This document shows, piece by piece, positions 24,075-32,775 of a DNA stretch of 64,000 nt. Each line of letters begins with the position of its first letter. Within the stretch, counting starts at the first letter, position 1. The stretch is taken from contig OZ245006.1 in NCBI GenBank assembly GCA_965223545.1, positions 3,648,001 to 3,712,000 of the forward strand, read 5' to 3'. The notes under the pieces were generated by a model, which worked only from the letters and a program-made list of their open reading frames with translations, had not been told where the DNA came from and ran no database searches. A program made the position numbers and the translations under genes. This DNA is from Planctomycetota bacterium. Lineage in GTDB: Bacteria > Planctomycetota > UBA1135 > UBA2386.

Positions 24075-24265
24075 TACAACACGCGCGGAGAAGGTAACAA
24101 GGTGGTTGAATCGAGCACTCGGGCGGAGCTGCAACCAAGTTGCAGCACTCCTCGCCGCTGTCTCGGGAAAACCTCTCAACCGCCCTTCGCAGCATCACAG
24201 CCCCGGACGGCGGTGTCCGCCTTGACAGAGGGGTGGATCATGACTCTGGCCATTTTGGGCAAGCG

Positions 24266-24661
24266 ATGTACCGATTGGAAATCCGACGATTCGACACACA
24301 GTTGGCCAGCGATGACTTCTCCGTCGACTCTTCAGCAGCTGCAGCTCAGCAGGTACAGCGACTGCGAGATGACGACTTGTTCCTGCGGGTCGCCTGGATC
24401 GAGGGTCCGCTCGACCATGGTAACTTCCTTATCTGGTGTCGGGGAACACGGGCCTACGTGCGTCTGGATGAACATCGAGAACACTTCGCTTCACATCCGG
24501 GTAGCGCACAATCAACAGGTGAGGCGGTGGAGTTCCGCGATGATGACGGCTCGGCCTTTAAGGTGGAGGCCGGCAGAACCGTCTCCCGCGAGCAGGCGTT
24601 TCAGGCACTAAAGCACTGGTTGCAGACCGGCAGAAAGCTCGACGCACTGACATGGTCGTAG
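24266..24661 (+). CDS. Putative immunity protein (Imm1-like)
   Basis: C-terminal VSREQAFQALKHWLQTGRKLDALTWS resembles the Imm1 signature; lies downstream of the Rhs remnant; lower GC. Confidence 0.55.
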   Translation: MYRLEIRRFDTQLASDDFSVDSSAAAAQQVQRLRDDDLFLRVAWIEGPLDHGNFLIWCRGTRAYVRLDEHREHFASHPGSAQSTGEAVEFRDDDGSAFKVEAGRTVSREQAFQALKHWLQTGRKLDALTWS

Positions 24662-24693
24662 GCAACTACTTCCAAGGCAGCGAAATGACTTGC

Positions 24694-24918
24694 TGAACCG
24701 CCCCGGGTTTTCCGGAGACTTGGCTATGTGAGTCCAGCCACGGCGACTGGTTCACCTGTTGACGATAGTAGGCCGCCTCGAACTCTGCAGGAGGGACATC
24801 TCCCAGAGGTCCGAGGAGGCGACGATTGTTGAACCAGTCGACCCAGCCGCCCGTGGCGAACCCCACATCCTCGACGCCTTTCCATGGCCCGCGCCGAACG
24901 GATGACCTCTGTCTTGAG
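24694..24918 (-). mobile_element. IS3-family remnant: transposase C-terminus and right IR
   Basis: IR TGAACCGCCCCGGGTTTTCCGGAGACT at 24694; peptide LKTEVIR/GPWKGVEDVGFAT..WVDWFNNRRLLGPLGDVPPAEFEAAYY. Confidence 0.88.
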
Positions 24919-25002
24919 GGGTCTTCAGGAATTCGTGTGGGTAGACGGTGACTCCCTCTTCCTCAGGATCAAGAGCTGACGGGCGCTCACCCTTCGCTCC
25001 GC

Positions 25003-27035
25003 GCCGAGTAGCCGCGGGGGGTTGCCCCCCCGCAGCTCTCACAGAACCGGACTTGTGGGTCACACATCCGGCTCTTCAGGACGGTATCCCCCAAAGGGGC
25101 CGCCAGTCGTAGCGGCGCTCGTCCCAGAGCTTGGAAAGCGACACCAGCCGCTCAGCAAACCACTGATTGGGATAAGCGCGTTTGATCGCTCCCGAGTTGC
25201 TCTGCCACCACGTGCCACGCCGGCCAAACGCGGTGCGTGCAGCCGACTGCCAGCTGCACCCACGGGCGACAAGGTCTCGGAAGAGGTATCGCGGTCTCTT
25301 CTTCTGCCGAATGATGATCGCCCGCAGGCGTCGTCGAATATGGCCATCGAGATTCCGCAAGGTCCGCCACGCGGCCTTCGTGATCAGCTTGAAGTAGCCG
25401 ATCCAACCACGGAGGTAACGGTTCAGTCGTTCGATGCACCAGGACAGCCGACCACCCCAGGACCGCGGCGTAAGCTCACGGATTCGGGCGTCGATGCGAT
25501 CCAGAGTGCGACGGGACAACTGCACCGTCAGCCAGCCCTTTCGAGTTGCGCCTACGCGAAACCCGAGGAAGTGCCGGCGATGGGCCAGGTCGACGGAACT
25601 CTTCGCTTCGTTCACTTTCAGTCGCACGCGACGTTCGATGAACCTGCGAATCGAAGCCATGACCCGGTGTCCTGAGCGCTCGCTACCGACGTAGATATTG
25701 CAGTCGTCGGCGTAGCGCACAAAACGCAACCCGCGTCGTTCCAACTCCCAGTCCAGTTCGTCCAGGACGATGTTGGACAGCAGAGGTGATAGCGGGCCGC
25801 CCTGGGGCGTTCCTTCTTCCGTGATGACGCGGGTGCCATCTGGAAGAACCACGTTCGCTTTCAGCATCAGGCGGATGATCCGCAGCACCCGACGGTCCTT
25901 CACCTTCTGAGCCAGCCGGTCCAGGAGGCGTTGGTGATGGACACGGTCGAAGAACTTCTCCAAATCGATGTCCACCGTGTACCGCCGACCCTGCTTCACG
26001 TAACCCGCTGCTTCGGCGATCGCTGTGTGGGCTCCCCGCCTCGGCCGGAAGCCGTGGCTGCTGTCGTGGAACGTCGGGTCGTAGATCGGCTCCAGAATCT
26101 GGCGCACGGCCTGTTGGACCCAGCGGTCGATCACGGTTGGAATCCCGAGACCCCGCTGCCCACCACTGGGCTTCGGGATCCACACCCGACGAATATCGCC
26201 GGGCGCGTAGGTCTCCATGAGCAGAGCATCGCGGAGTTTCGGGAGCAGGTGTTTCGCATGACGCTTGACCTCTGACACCGTCTGTCCGTCGACGCCCGGG
26301 GCGCCCTTCTTGCTTACGACATGTGCCAGTGCGCTTCGCAGGTTGCCCTGCTCCGCGACCAGCTCCAGCAGATGGCAGTAGCCGTCCGCTGGCGGTGGAG
26401 CCGATTCCGATCGATGGCTGCAATCCGTCGTAGGCACCGACGTGGACTTCGTGGCAGATTCGTCTGCCCTTCCGGCCACGCCGTCCCCTTGCGGGCTCTC
26501 GGCGAAAGCGAACTGCAGTTGCCGTGGTTTCGGCTTTCTCATCCTGTCACCCCCTTCGCTCCACCGGCATTACCCGGCTTCATCACTACTACGGGGTGAT
26601 CCGACTTCGCTGCATGCCTTGGTGGGTCGTCGTTGCCTCCTCCCCACCTACCGCTCGAAGCGGACACACAGAGATCTCCCTGGGTAAGAACGCAGAGTTT
26701 CGCGCCGCCGCCGGTTCCAGTACTCCGAGGTCGCGACTGGATATCGGGCGTCACGTTGGATGGCACGCTGACCCAGACCTCGAGAGCCTTACGGAACTTC
26801 GCTTTCGCTCGGTGCTGCGCTGCGTCTAGGGCTTCCATCCCACACGACCTCGCGGGAACAGCACGGCACGGTGTCCGTCCTGTTCTGGCATCCCGGATCA
26901 ACACCGCGCACCGCCCTCTCGGACGGCACACGGCTCCCCTTTCTGCCTCGTGCAGCTGCCTTCGACTCATGGTTTCCTCCAGTACGGATCCATAAAGAAC
27001 TTTCATCTTCAACTCTGCGCCCATGCCAGGCGCAA
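25003..27035 (-). mobile_element. Group II intron (2033 nt)
   Basis: 5' end TTGCGCCTGGCATGGGCGCAG; DIII-like GAAGTCGGATCACCCCGTAGTA...AAGCCGGGTAATGCCGGTGGAGCGAAGGG; DV GAGCCGGATGTGTGACCCACAAGTCCGGTTC; DVI ending GCTACTCGGC; excision restores a palindrome. Confidence 0.88.
25076..26542 (-). CDS. ltrA: Group II intron reverse transcriptase/maturase, no endonuclease domain
   Basis: GAPGVDG, IPKPSGGQRGLGIP, GTPQGGPLSPLLSN, RYADD, FLGF, X-domain LNRYLRGWIGYF. Confidence 0.95.
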   Translation of the reverse strand: MRKPKPRQLQFAFAESPQGDGVAGRADESATKSTSVPTTDCSHRSESAPPPADGYCHLLELVAEQGNLRSALAHVVSKKGAPGVDGQTVSEVKRHAKHLLPKLRDALLMETYAPGDIRRVWIPKPSGGQRGLGIPTVIDRWVQQAVRQILEPIYDPTFHDSSHGFRPRRGAHTAIAEAAGYVKQGRRYTVDIDLEKFFDRVHHQRLLDRLAQKVKDRRVLRIIRLMLKANVVLPDGTRVITEEGTPQGGPLSPLLSNIVLDELDWELERRGLRFVRYADDCNIYVGSERSGHRVMASIRRFIERRVRLKVNEAKSSVDLAHRRHFLGFRVGATRKGWLTVQLSRRTLDRIDARIRELTPRSWGGRLSWCIERLNRYLRGWIGYFKLITKAAWRTLRNLDGHIRRRLRAIIIRQKKRPRYLFRDLVARGCSWQSAARTAFGRRGTWWQSNSGAIKRAYPNQWFAERLVSLSKLWDERRYDWRPLWGIPS

Positions 27036-27138
27036 CACCCTCGGCGCCGGCCTTGGAGGGTGCGACCGACGCCGAGGGTGACGGAGCTGCGGGTGAGCGA
27101 GGAGCGATGCTGGTGGCGTGCGCCGGTAGATTGCACGG

Positions 27139-28382
27139 ATGCGCGACCGTGATCTCTACGCCACGATTCTTGGGCTGAAGGCACCGTGGAAGGTGACCGA
27201 CGTCGACTTGGACCCGAAGCTCGAGCTGGTCGCGGTGAAGGTCGAGGCAGGCAATCGGTCTGTGCTGATCTGCCCGGAATGCGGCAAGGACTGCCCGGGG
27301 TATGACACGCGGCATCGCCGCTGGCGCCACCTCGACACCTGTCAGTACCAGACCATCCTCGAAGCGGAGGTGCCGCGGGTGGAATGCGCGGAACACGGCG
27401 TCCGACAGATCGACGTTCCGTGGGCAGCTCCTGGCTCTCCCTTCACGGCGCTCTACGAGGCTCTGATCATCGACTGGCTGAAGGAGGCCACGATCTCGGC
27501 GGTCGCTCGACGGCTCGATCTGACCTGGGACGAAGTCGATGGCGTGATGAAACGGGCGGTCGACCGTGGCCTCGCACGGCGCGAGAAGCGCGACCTCATC
27601 GCCATTGCCGTCGACGAGACCTCGTTCCAGAAGCGGCACGAGTACGTCACGGTCGTCACGGATCTCACGACCTCCGATGTCATCTATGTCGCGGACCACC
27701 GCCGAAAGTCGTCCCTGGACGGCTTCTACAAGGCGGAAGGCGCAGAGCGGCTGGCCGGCCTCGAGATCGTCTCGATGGACATGAGCAAGTCCTACATCGC
27801 GTCGACCAGGGATTACGTCCCCGACGCCGATCGCAAGATCGCCTTCGATCGTTTCCATGTCTCCAAGGCTCTCGGCGATGCCTTGAACAAGGTCCGGTGC
27901 GACGAGCACAAGGCTCTGTCGGCAATGGGCGACATGACCCTCACGCGAACCAAGCACCTCCTGCTGCGACGCGGCGACTCGCTCGACGACCATCAGGAGG
28001 AGATCGTCGACATCCTGCGCCAGGCTGGCCTGAAGACCGCCAAGGCTTGGGCCATCAAGGAGGCCGCCACCAAGCTCTGGACATACCTCAGGCCCGGCAA
28101 CGCACGCAGAGCCTGGAAGAAGTGGATCGGCTGGGCCATGCGCAGTCGCATCGAACCGATGAAGCAAGCGCCCGGATGATCCGCGATCATCTCTGGGGCA
28201 TCGTCAACGCCGTGACCCAGGGCGTGTCCAACGCCCTCAGCGAGTCGATCAATGCCAAGATTCAGCGTGTCAAGAAGATGGCCTGCGGCTTCCGCAACCG
28301 CGACCGCTTTCGCAACGCCATCCTCTTCCATCTCGGCGGCCTCGACCTCTATCCAGCTTCAGCTACCCACACAGATTCCTGA
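27139..28382 (+). pseudogene. ISL3 transposase, frameshifted near 28170
   Basis: CPECG zinc finger, RRWRHLD, IAVDETS, SMDM, FDRFHV; C-terminus [11 protein letters not shown]...ESINAKIQ...GFRN...LGGLDLYP is in another frame. Confidence 0.9.
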
Positions 28383-28388
28383 AGCGCC

Positions 28389-28462
28389 GTCTTGAGAGGG
28401 CGATCACCGTCTCGGCAAGGGCGTCGTCGTACGAGTCACCGGCACTGCCAACCGACGCGTCG
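28389..28462 (-). mobile_element. IS3 transposase fragment continuing on the other side of the ISL3
   Basis: SVGSAGDSYDDALAETVIAL matches the IS3 motif that precedes KTEVI. Confidence 0.85.
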
Positions 28463-28739
28463 TATGTCGGCCTCATCGCCGGTCCCCAAGCCCTGGCGAT
28501 CGCAACCAGCAGCCCCTCCAGGAGCTCTTGGGCAAGACACCCGACGAACAACGAGTCGACGTGATCCGCGCTTTCGAGGAGTTGACTAAGATCGTTCGTG
28601 GCCGGGGTGACACCGCCCACCGGATCACGAGGTACGACCAGGCACACAGTGCGATCCGCCACGAGCTGCAGGGGTGGGGCTCGCATAGTCGCCCACGCCC
28701 GACACCTCGGTCAGCCTAGGAACCCGTGTCCGCGCAGTC

Positions 28740-29359
28740 GGACCCGGGCGGCTCGATCGAGCAGCAGCGCCCCACCGGCCACCGCAATCCCCTGCGGTCA
28801 CGGCCACGTGCGTGACCACGCCGCCGGCCTCGGCCTGCAGCGGGTTCTGCATCTTCATCGCCTCGAGCACGACCAGCACCTGGCCCTGCTCGACGACATC
28901 GCCCTCGGCGACCATCAGCTCGACGACCACGCCGGGCATGACGGCAACGATCTCCTGCGCCGCCGACTGACGCGCGCCAGAGACGTCGACCGCGGCGCGT
29001 TCGCGCTCGTCCAACACCTCGACCGGGGTGGCACGCCGCGGTACTGCACGACCAGCCTGCCGTCGACCGTCTCGATCACGCAGTCGTGCTCGGCACCGCG
29101 GAAGCGGGCAACGGCGGCGGCCAACGAGACCAGCTCGGCGGCGCGCTCGTCCATCGTCCGGTCCAGCCCGGCCGCGATGCCGGTGTCGTAGTCACCAGAG
29201 CGGAACGCCTCGCTGCGCAGCACGTCCAGCGCCACCGGCACCGAAGTGGCGACGCCGACGATACGCAGCTCGCGCAGCGCCCGCTCGGCGCGGGCGATCG
29301 CTTGCTCGCGGTCGGCGGCGTGTACGATCAGCTTGCCGAGCATGCTGTCGTAGTGCCCA
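28740..29359 (-). pseudogene. Biotin carboxylase C-terminus plus biotin carboxyl carrier remnant (acyl-CoA carboxylase alpha subunit)
   Basis: YDSMLGKLIVHAADREQAIARAERALRELRIVGVAT; in another frame MPGVVV...VLEAMKMQN; 5' part replaced by an IS91 fragment. Confidence 0.85.
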
Positions 29360-29887
29360 CGCACCGGCTGCGTGACCTTCTTCCAGCGCTTCGACTCGGC
29401 GCTGCGATTGAACGTCCACTTCCACATGCTCTGGCCGGACGGCGTCTTCTCGATCGAGTTCCGCGACAACGAACCACGCGACCGCGCCGAGTTCTACGAC
29501 ACCACCCCCCCCCACCGACGACGACATCCAGCGCCTGGTGAAGACGCTGCGGGATCGCGTGCTGCGGGTGCTGCGCAAACGGGGCAAGCTGCCACCCGAG
29601 GACGACGAAGGCGCCGACGACCCCGGCTGCGAGCAGCCGTCGCTGTTCGAAGGTCTCGCCGCCGCTTCCGTGCAAGGCAAGATCGCGCTCGGTCCGCACG
29701 CCGGTCACCTTGCGGCGCACACGAGCCGCGAACGCGCGGCAAGCTCTGCGCATCCCGCGACGGCTTCTCCCTGAACGCGACGGTCCGCGTGCCGGAGTTC
29801 AGCCCCGAACGGCTGGAGAAGCTCTGCCGCTGCATCGCACGCCCTGCCGTCGTCCATGAGCGCCTGTCGCTGTCCAAGGGCGGCACC
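29360..29887 (+). mobile_element. IS91-like (Y2/HUH rolling-circle) transposase fragment A
   Basis: TGCVTFFQRFDSALRLNVHFHMLWPDGVF; GFSLNATVRV...RLEKLCRCIARPAVVHERLS; frameshifted. Confidence 0.85.
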
Positions 29888-30893
29888 GTTCGTCGGGACC
29901 TTCGTCATGGATGGGGTCTTCGGCGAGGGCGTGCTGAGTGAGGTCATGAACGCCTTCAACATCCACCGTATCAACGTGGATTCGGTGGACTCGGGCGTCA
30001 CCCAGGTCGATGCCGATGGCGACGTGACGACCGCCCGCGACACCGCTCTCGACTACCGCTTCAGCGGCGACTGGAACCGCTGCTGGATGGGGGCGGGGCC
30101 CAACACCAACACCGCGCTCAACGACCTGCTCGACGCGCTGGTGCCCGAGCGCGACTACGTCTTCGTGGTCCTCAACGAGCCGGGCTTCGGCGGCTGCGCC
30201 GGTGGCTCGCGCCTGGCGGTGACCATGGGGGCGGGCTGGTCGGTCGGGTCCCACGAGATGGGGCACATGGTGGGCGGTCTGGCGGACGAGTAATGCCGCG
30301 CCGGCACCTACGCCGGCGGTGAGCCGGGCGCGGTCAACGTGACCACGAACACGGACCGCGCGACCCTCAAGTGGCGGGAGTTCGTGCACCCGTCCACGCC
30401 GATGCCCACCGGCGTGAACGCCAACCCGGGCAACGGCGCGTGCACCGGATACAATCAAGGGTCGGGGACGGCGCCGGCTAGCTGGAGCAACAGCGATGAC
30501 GCCGGCTTGTTCGAGGGGGCGCGCTACAACGATTCGGGCATCTACCGCCCCGTCGTCAACTGCCGTATGCGCGGCAACACGCCATCGTTCTGTCCGGTGT
30601 GCTACCACGAGATGCGCGCGCAGACGCGCGCCCAGCACGGGCCACACGTTCCGGAACAGCTACGTCGGCGACTTCAACGGCGACGAGAAGGACGATCTGT
30701 TCGTCTTCAACTGGTCCGACTGGGCGATCCCGTACTTCGCGCTGTTGCGCTCCACCGGGACGAGCTTCGAGTGCATCCGCCGCTTCGACGAGGAGCTGCC
30801 CGGCTGGGACGACATGAAGCGCCACGACGAGTTCTTCGTCGCCGACTTCAACGACGACGGCCGCGACGACATCTTCGTGTTCAACGGCCAGGA
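29888..30893 (+). pseudogene. Peptidase M64-like zinc metalloprotease with FG-GAP repeats, decayed
   Basis: HEMGHMVGGLADE*(TAA where Tyr is expected), GLFEGARY...YRP...CRMR...FCPVC; frameshift into GDFNGDEKDDL and ADFNDDGRDDI repeats; both ends truncated. Confidence 0.8.
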
Positions 30894-30942
30894 GACAAAA
30901 ACCTAAATTCCAGGAGTTAGATCCCCGAATTTACGTAAAATC

Positions 30943-32085
30943 GTGGTCTCGATGCCCGGCAATCACATTCCTCGGCAGCTCGAGGCCGTCCTCGGCGCCG
31001 CGCTGGCCGGTCCGCGGAAGGTGCTGGTCGTGTTCGGTCCACGCCAGGTCGGCAAGACCACGCTGCTCCGCACGGTCGCGGCGACGCTGCCGGGCAAGGT
31101 CGTGTCGTTGAACGGCGACTGGCTCGACGACCAGACGCAGCTCCGGCCCGAGAAGGCGTCGTTGACGCGCCTGCTGGCCGGGGCCGACTACCTGCTGGTC
31201 GACGAGGCGCAGAACGTGCCCGAGGTCGGCACCAGCCTCAAGCTGGTGCACGATCACTTCCCGTCGGTGCGTGTGCTGGCGACGGGGTCGTCGTCCTTCG
31301 ACCTCGCGCGGCGCACCGGCGAGCCGCTCACCGGTCGCCAGCGGACGTTTCTGCTCTTTCCCCTCTCGTACCACGAGCGCGACCCCGAGCCGGCGCGGAG
31401 CCGCGCGGTGCTCGAGGAGATGATGGTCTTCGGCGGCTACCCGGAGGTCGCGCTCATGCCGAGCGCAGACGACAAGGCCGCGCACCTGCGCCAGCTCGCC
31501 GCCGACTACATCCTCAAGGACGTCTTCGCCCACGTCGACGTCAACCGCCGCAAGCTGCTCGACATTCTGCGGCTGGTCGCGCTGCAGGTGGGCGAGGAGG
31601 TGTCGCTCAGCGAACTCGGCCGCACGGTGCAGATCGACACCAAGACGGTGGGTCGTTATCTCGACCTGCTGGAGAGCGCTTTTCTGATCGTGCGCCTGCG
31701 CGGGTTCAGCCGCAACCTGCGCAAGGAAGTGGGCAAGTCGCAGAAGGTGTACTTCCTCGATCTCGGCATCCGCAACGCGATCATCCAGCGCTTCGAGCCG
31801 CCAGCCGCTCGCGACGACGTCGGCCGGCTGTGGGAAAACCTGTTCGTCGTGGAGCGGATGAAGCGGAACGTATACGCGGGGGTGGCCGCGAGCTACGCGT
31901 TCTGGCGGACGTACGACCGGCAGGAGATCGACCTGATCGAGGAGCACGGGGCGGAGCTGCGGGCGTTCGAGATCAAGTGGGGGCGGGCGCGCAAGCGGAT
32001 GCCGCGCCTATTCGTCGAGACGTATCCCCACGCGGAGACGGCGGTGGTGGTGCCGGAGACCGCGCCGGATTGGCTGTCGCCGTGA
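30943..32085 (+). CDS. AAA+ ATPase (AAA_14) with DUF4143 / PD-(D/E)XK-like C-terminus
   Basis: GPRQVGKTT, LLVDEAQ, TGSS, LTGR, GGYPE, KVYFLDLGIRN, EIDLI...AFEIKW. Confidence 0.92.
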   Translation: MVSMPGNHIPRQLEAVLGAALAGPRKVLVVFGPRQVGKTTLLRTVAATLPGKVVSLNGDWLDDQTQLRPEKASLTRLLAGADYLLVDEAQNVPEVGTSLKLVHDHFPSVRVLATGSSSFDLARRTGEPLTGRQRTFLLFPLSYHERDPEPARSRAVLEEMMVFGGYPEVALMPSADDKAAHLRQLAADYILKDVFAHVDVNRRKLLDILRLVALQVGEEVSLSELGRTVQIDTKTVGRYLDLLESAFLIVRLRGFSRNLRKEVGKSQKVYFLDLGIRNAIIQRFEPPAARDDVGRLWENLFVVERMKRNVYAGVAASYAFWRTYDRQEIDLIEEHGAELRAFEIKWGRARKRMPRLFVETYPHAETAVVVPETAPDWLSP

Positions 32086-32166
32086 GGGGGTCGGAAGTCT
32101 GTCAGCTCGATCATCCTGGTGTGTTCGCGGCTATGCTGTTTGGCCCCCAGTCGAGCACGCCCCGGC

Positions 32167-32275
32167 GAGCGCCACCATCGTGACCCTCGACGAGCGCGAC
32201 AGCGTTACGCTCGGCGGTGTGGAGGTCGACATCTTGCCCGCGTGGGAGTGGTGTTGCGCGGTCGGTAGGTGTCGC
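32167..32275 (+). pseudogene. Possible C-terminal stump of another AAA+/DUF4143 protein
   Basis: ATIVTLDERDSVTLGGVEVDILPAWEW resembles the typical C-terminus of this family. Confidence 0.4.
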
Positions 32276-32327
32276 GCGCAGCGCAACGGCGTGTGCGAGG
32301 CCCTGAGATCGCCGCGCCATGAACGTT

Positions 32328-32570
32328 GCCCGGACCCCGACGGCAACGACGCCCGTCCACGACCACGTCGTGGACGACGGAGGTACTCGAGGCCCGAGCT
32401 CATGCAGCGGGTCTTCAACGTGGACGTCCTGGTGTGCTTGGCAACTGCGGCGCACCGATGCCAAGGTGCTCGACCTGCTTACCGACCCCGCGATCCTCGA
32501 TCGCATCTTGGCAGCCATCTCGAGCTGCCCGCGGAGCCGCCGCTCATCGCGGCGGCTCGCGGCCCGCCCG
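32328..32570 (+). mobile_element. IS91-like fragment B (transposase 3' part)
   Basis: Near-identical to 40269-40510 and 34595-34790; ELMQRVFNVDVLVC...ARGPP. Confidence 0.8.
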
Positions 32571-32775
32571 TTCGCAGAATCGCAGCGAACTCCCGGGCCC
32601 TCCGCGCACGGTCGAGCGAGTGGTTGAGGGAATGGGGCCACGCAGCGTCTCCATCGACTCTCTGTGCAAGGAGGCTCGGAGCCATTCAGCTAGACTCAGA
32701 GGCCCTGAACGAGCTGCCACGGCGAGTGTGACGCGGACGGCACCTTTCGAGCCAGCGACGAGGAGAAGCCAGCGA

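Larger units (their letters stand above)
24919..28388 (+). mobile_element. ISL3-family element carrying a group II intron
   Basis: Left IR GGGTCTTCAGGAATTCGTGTGGGTAG; right IR (reverse complement) GGCGCTTCAGGAATCTGTGTGGGTAG; 8-bp direct repeat GTCTTGAG at 24911-24918 and 28389-28396; 1437 bp without the intron. Confidence 0.93.

Noticed and set aside
25076..26542. RT as a retron, DGR or defence RT
   Set aside because: It has a maturase X domain and flanking group II intron 5' end, DV and DVI; no template/variable repeat pair was seen.
26539..28167. 542-aa minus-strand ORF running into the RT start
   Set aside because: Antisense shadow of the ISL3 transposase continuing through intron RNA domains; no protein motifs.
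28463..28720. Short coding-like fragment (LQELLGKTPDEQRVDVIRAFEEL...)
   Set aside because: Could not assign a family or start; probably another stump.
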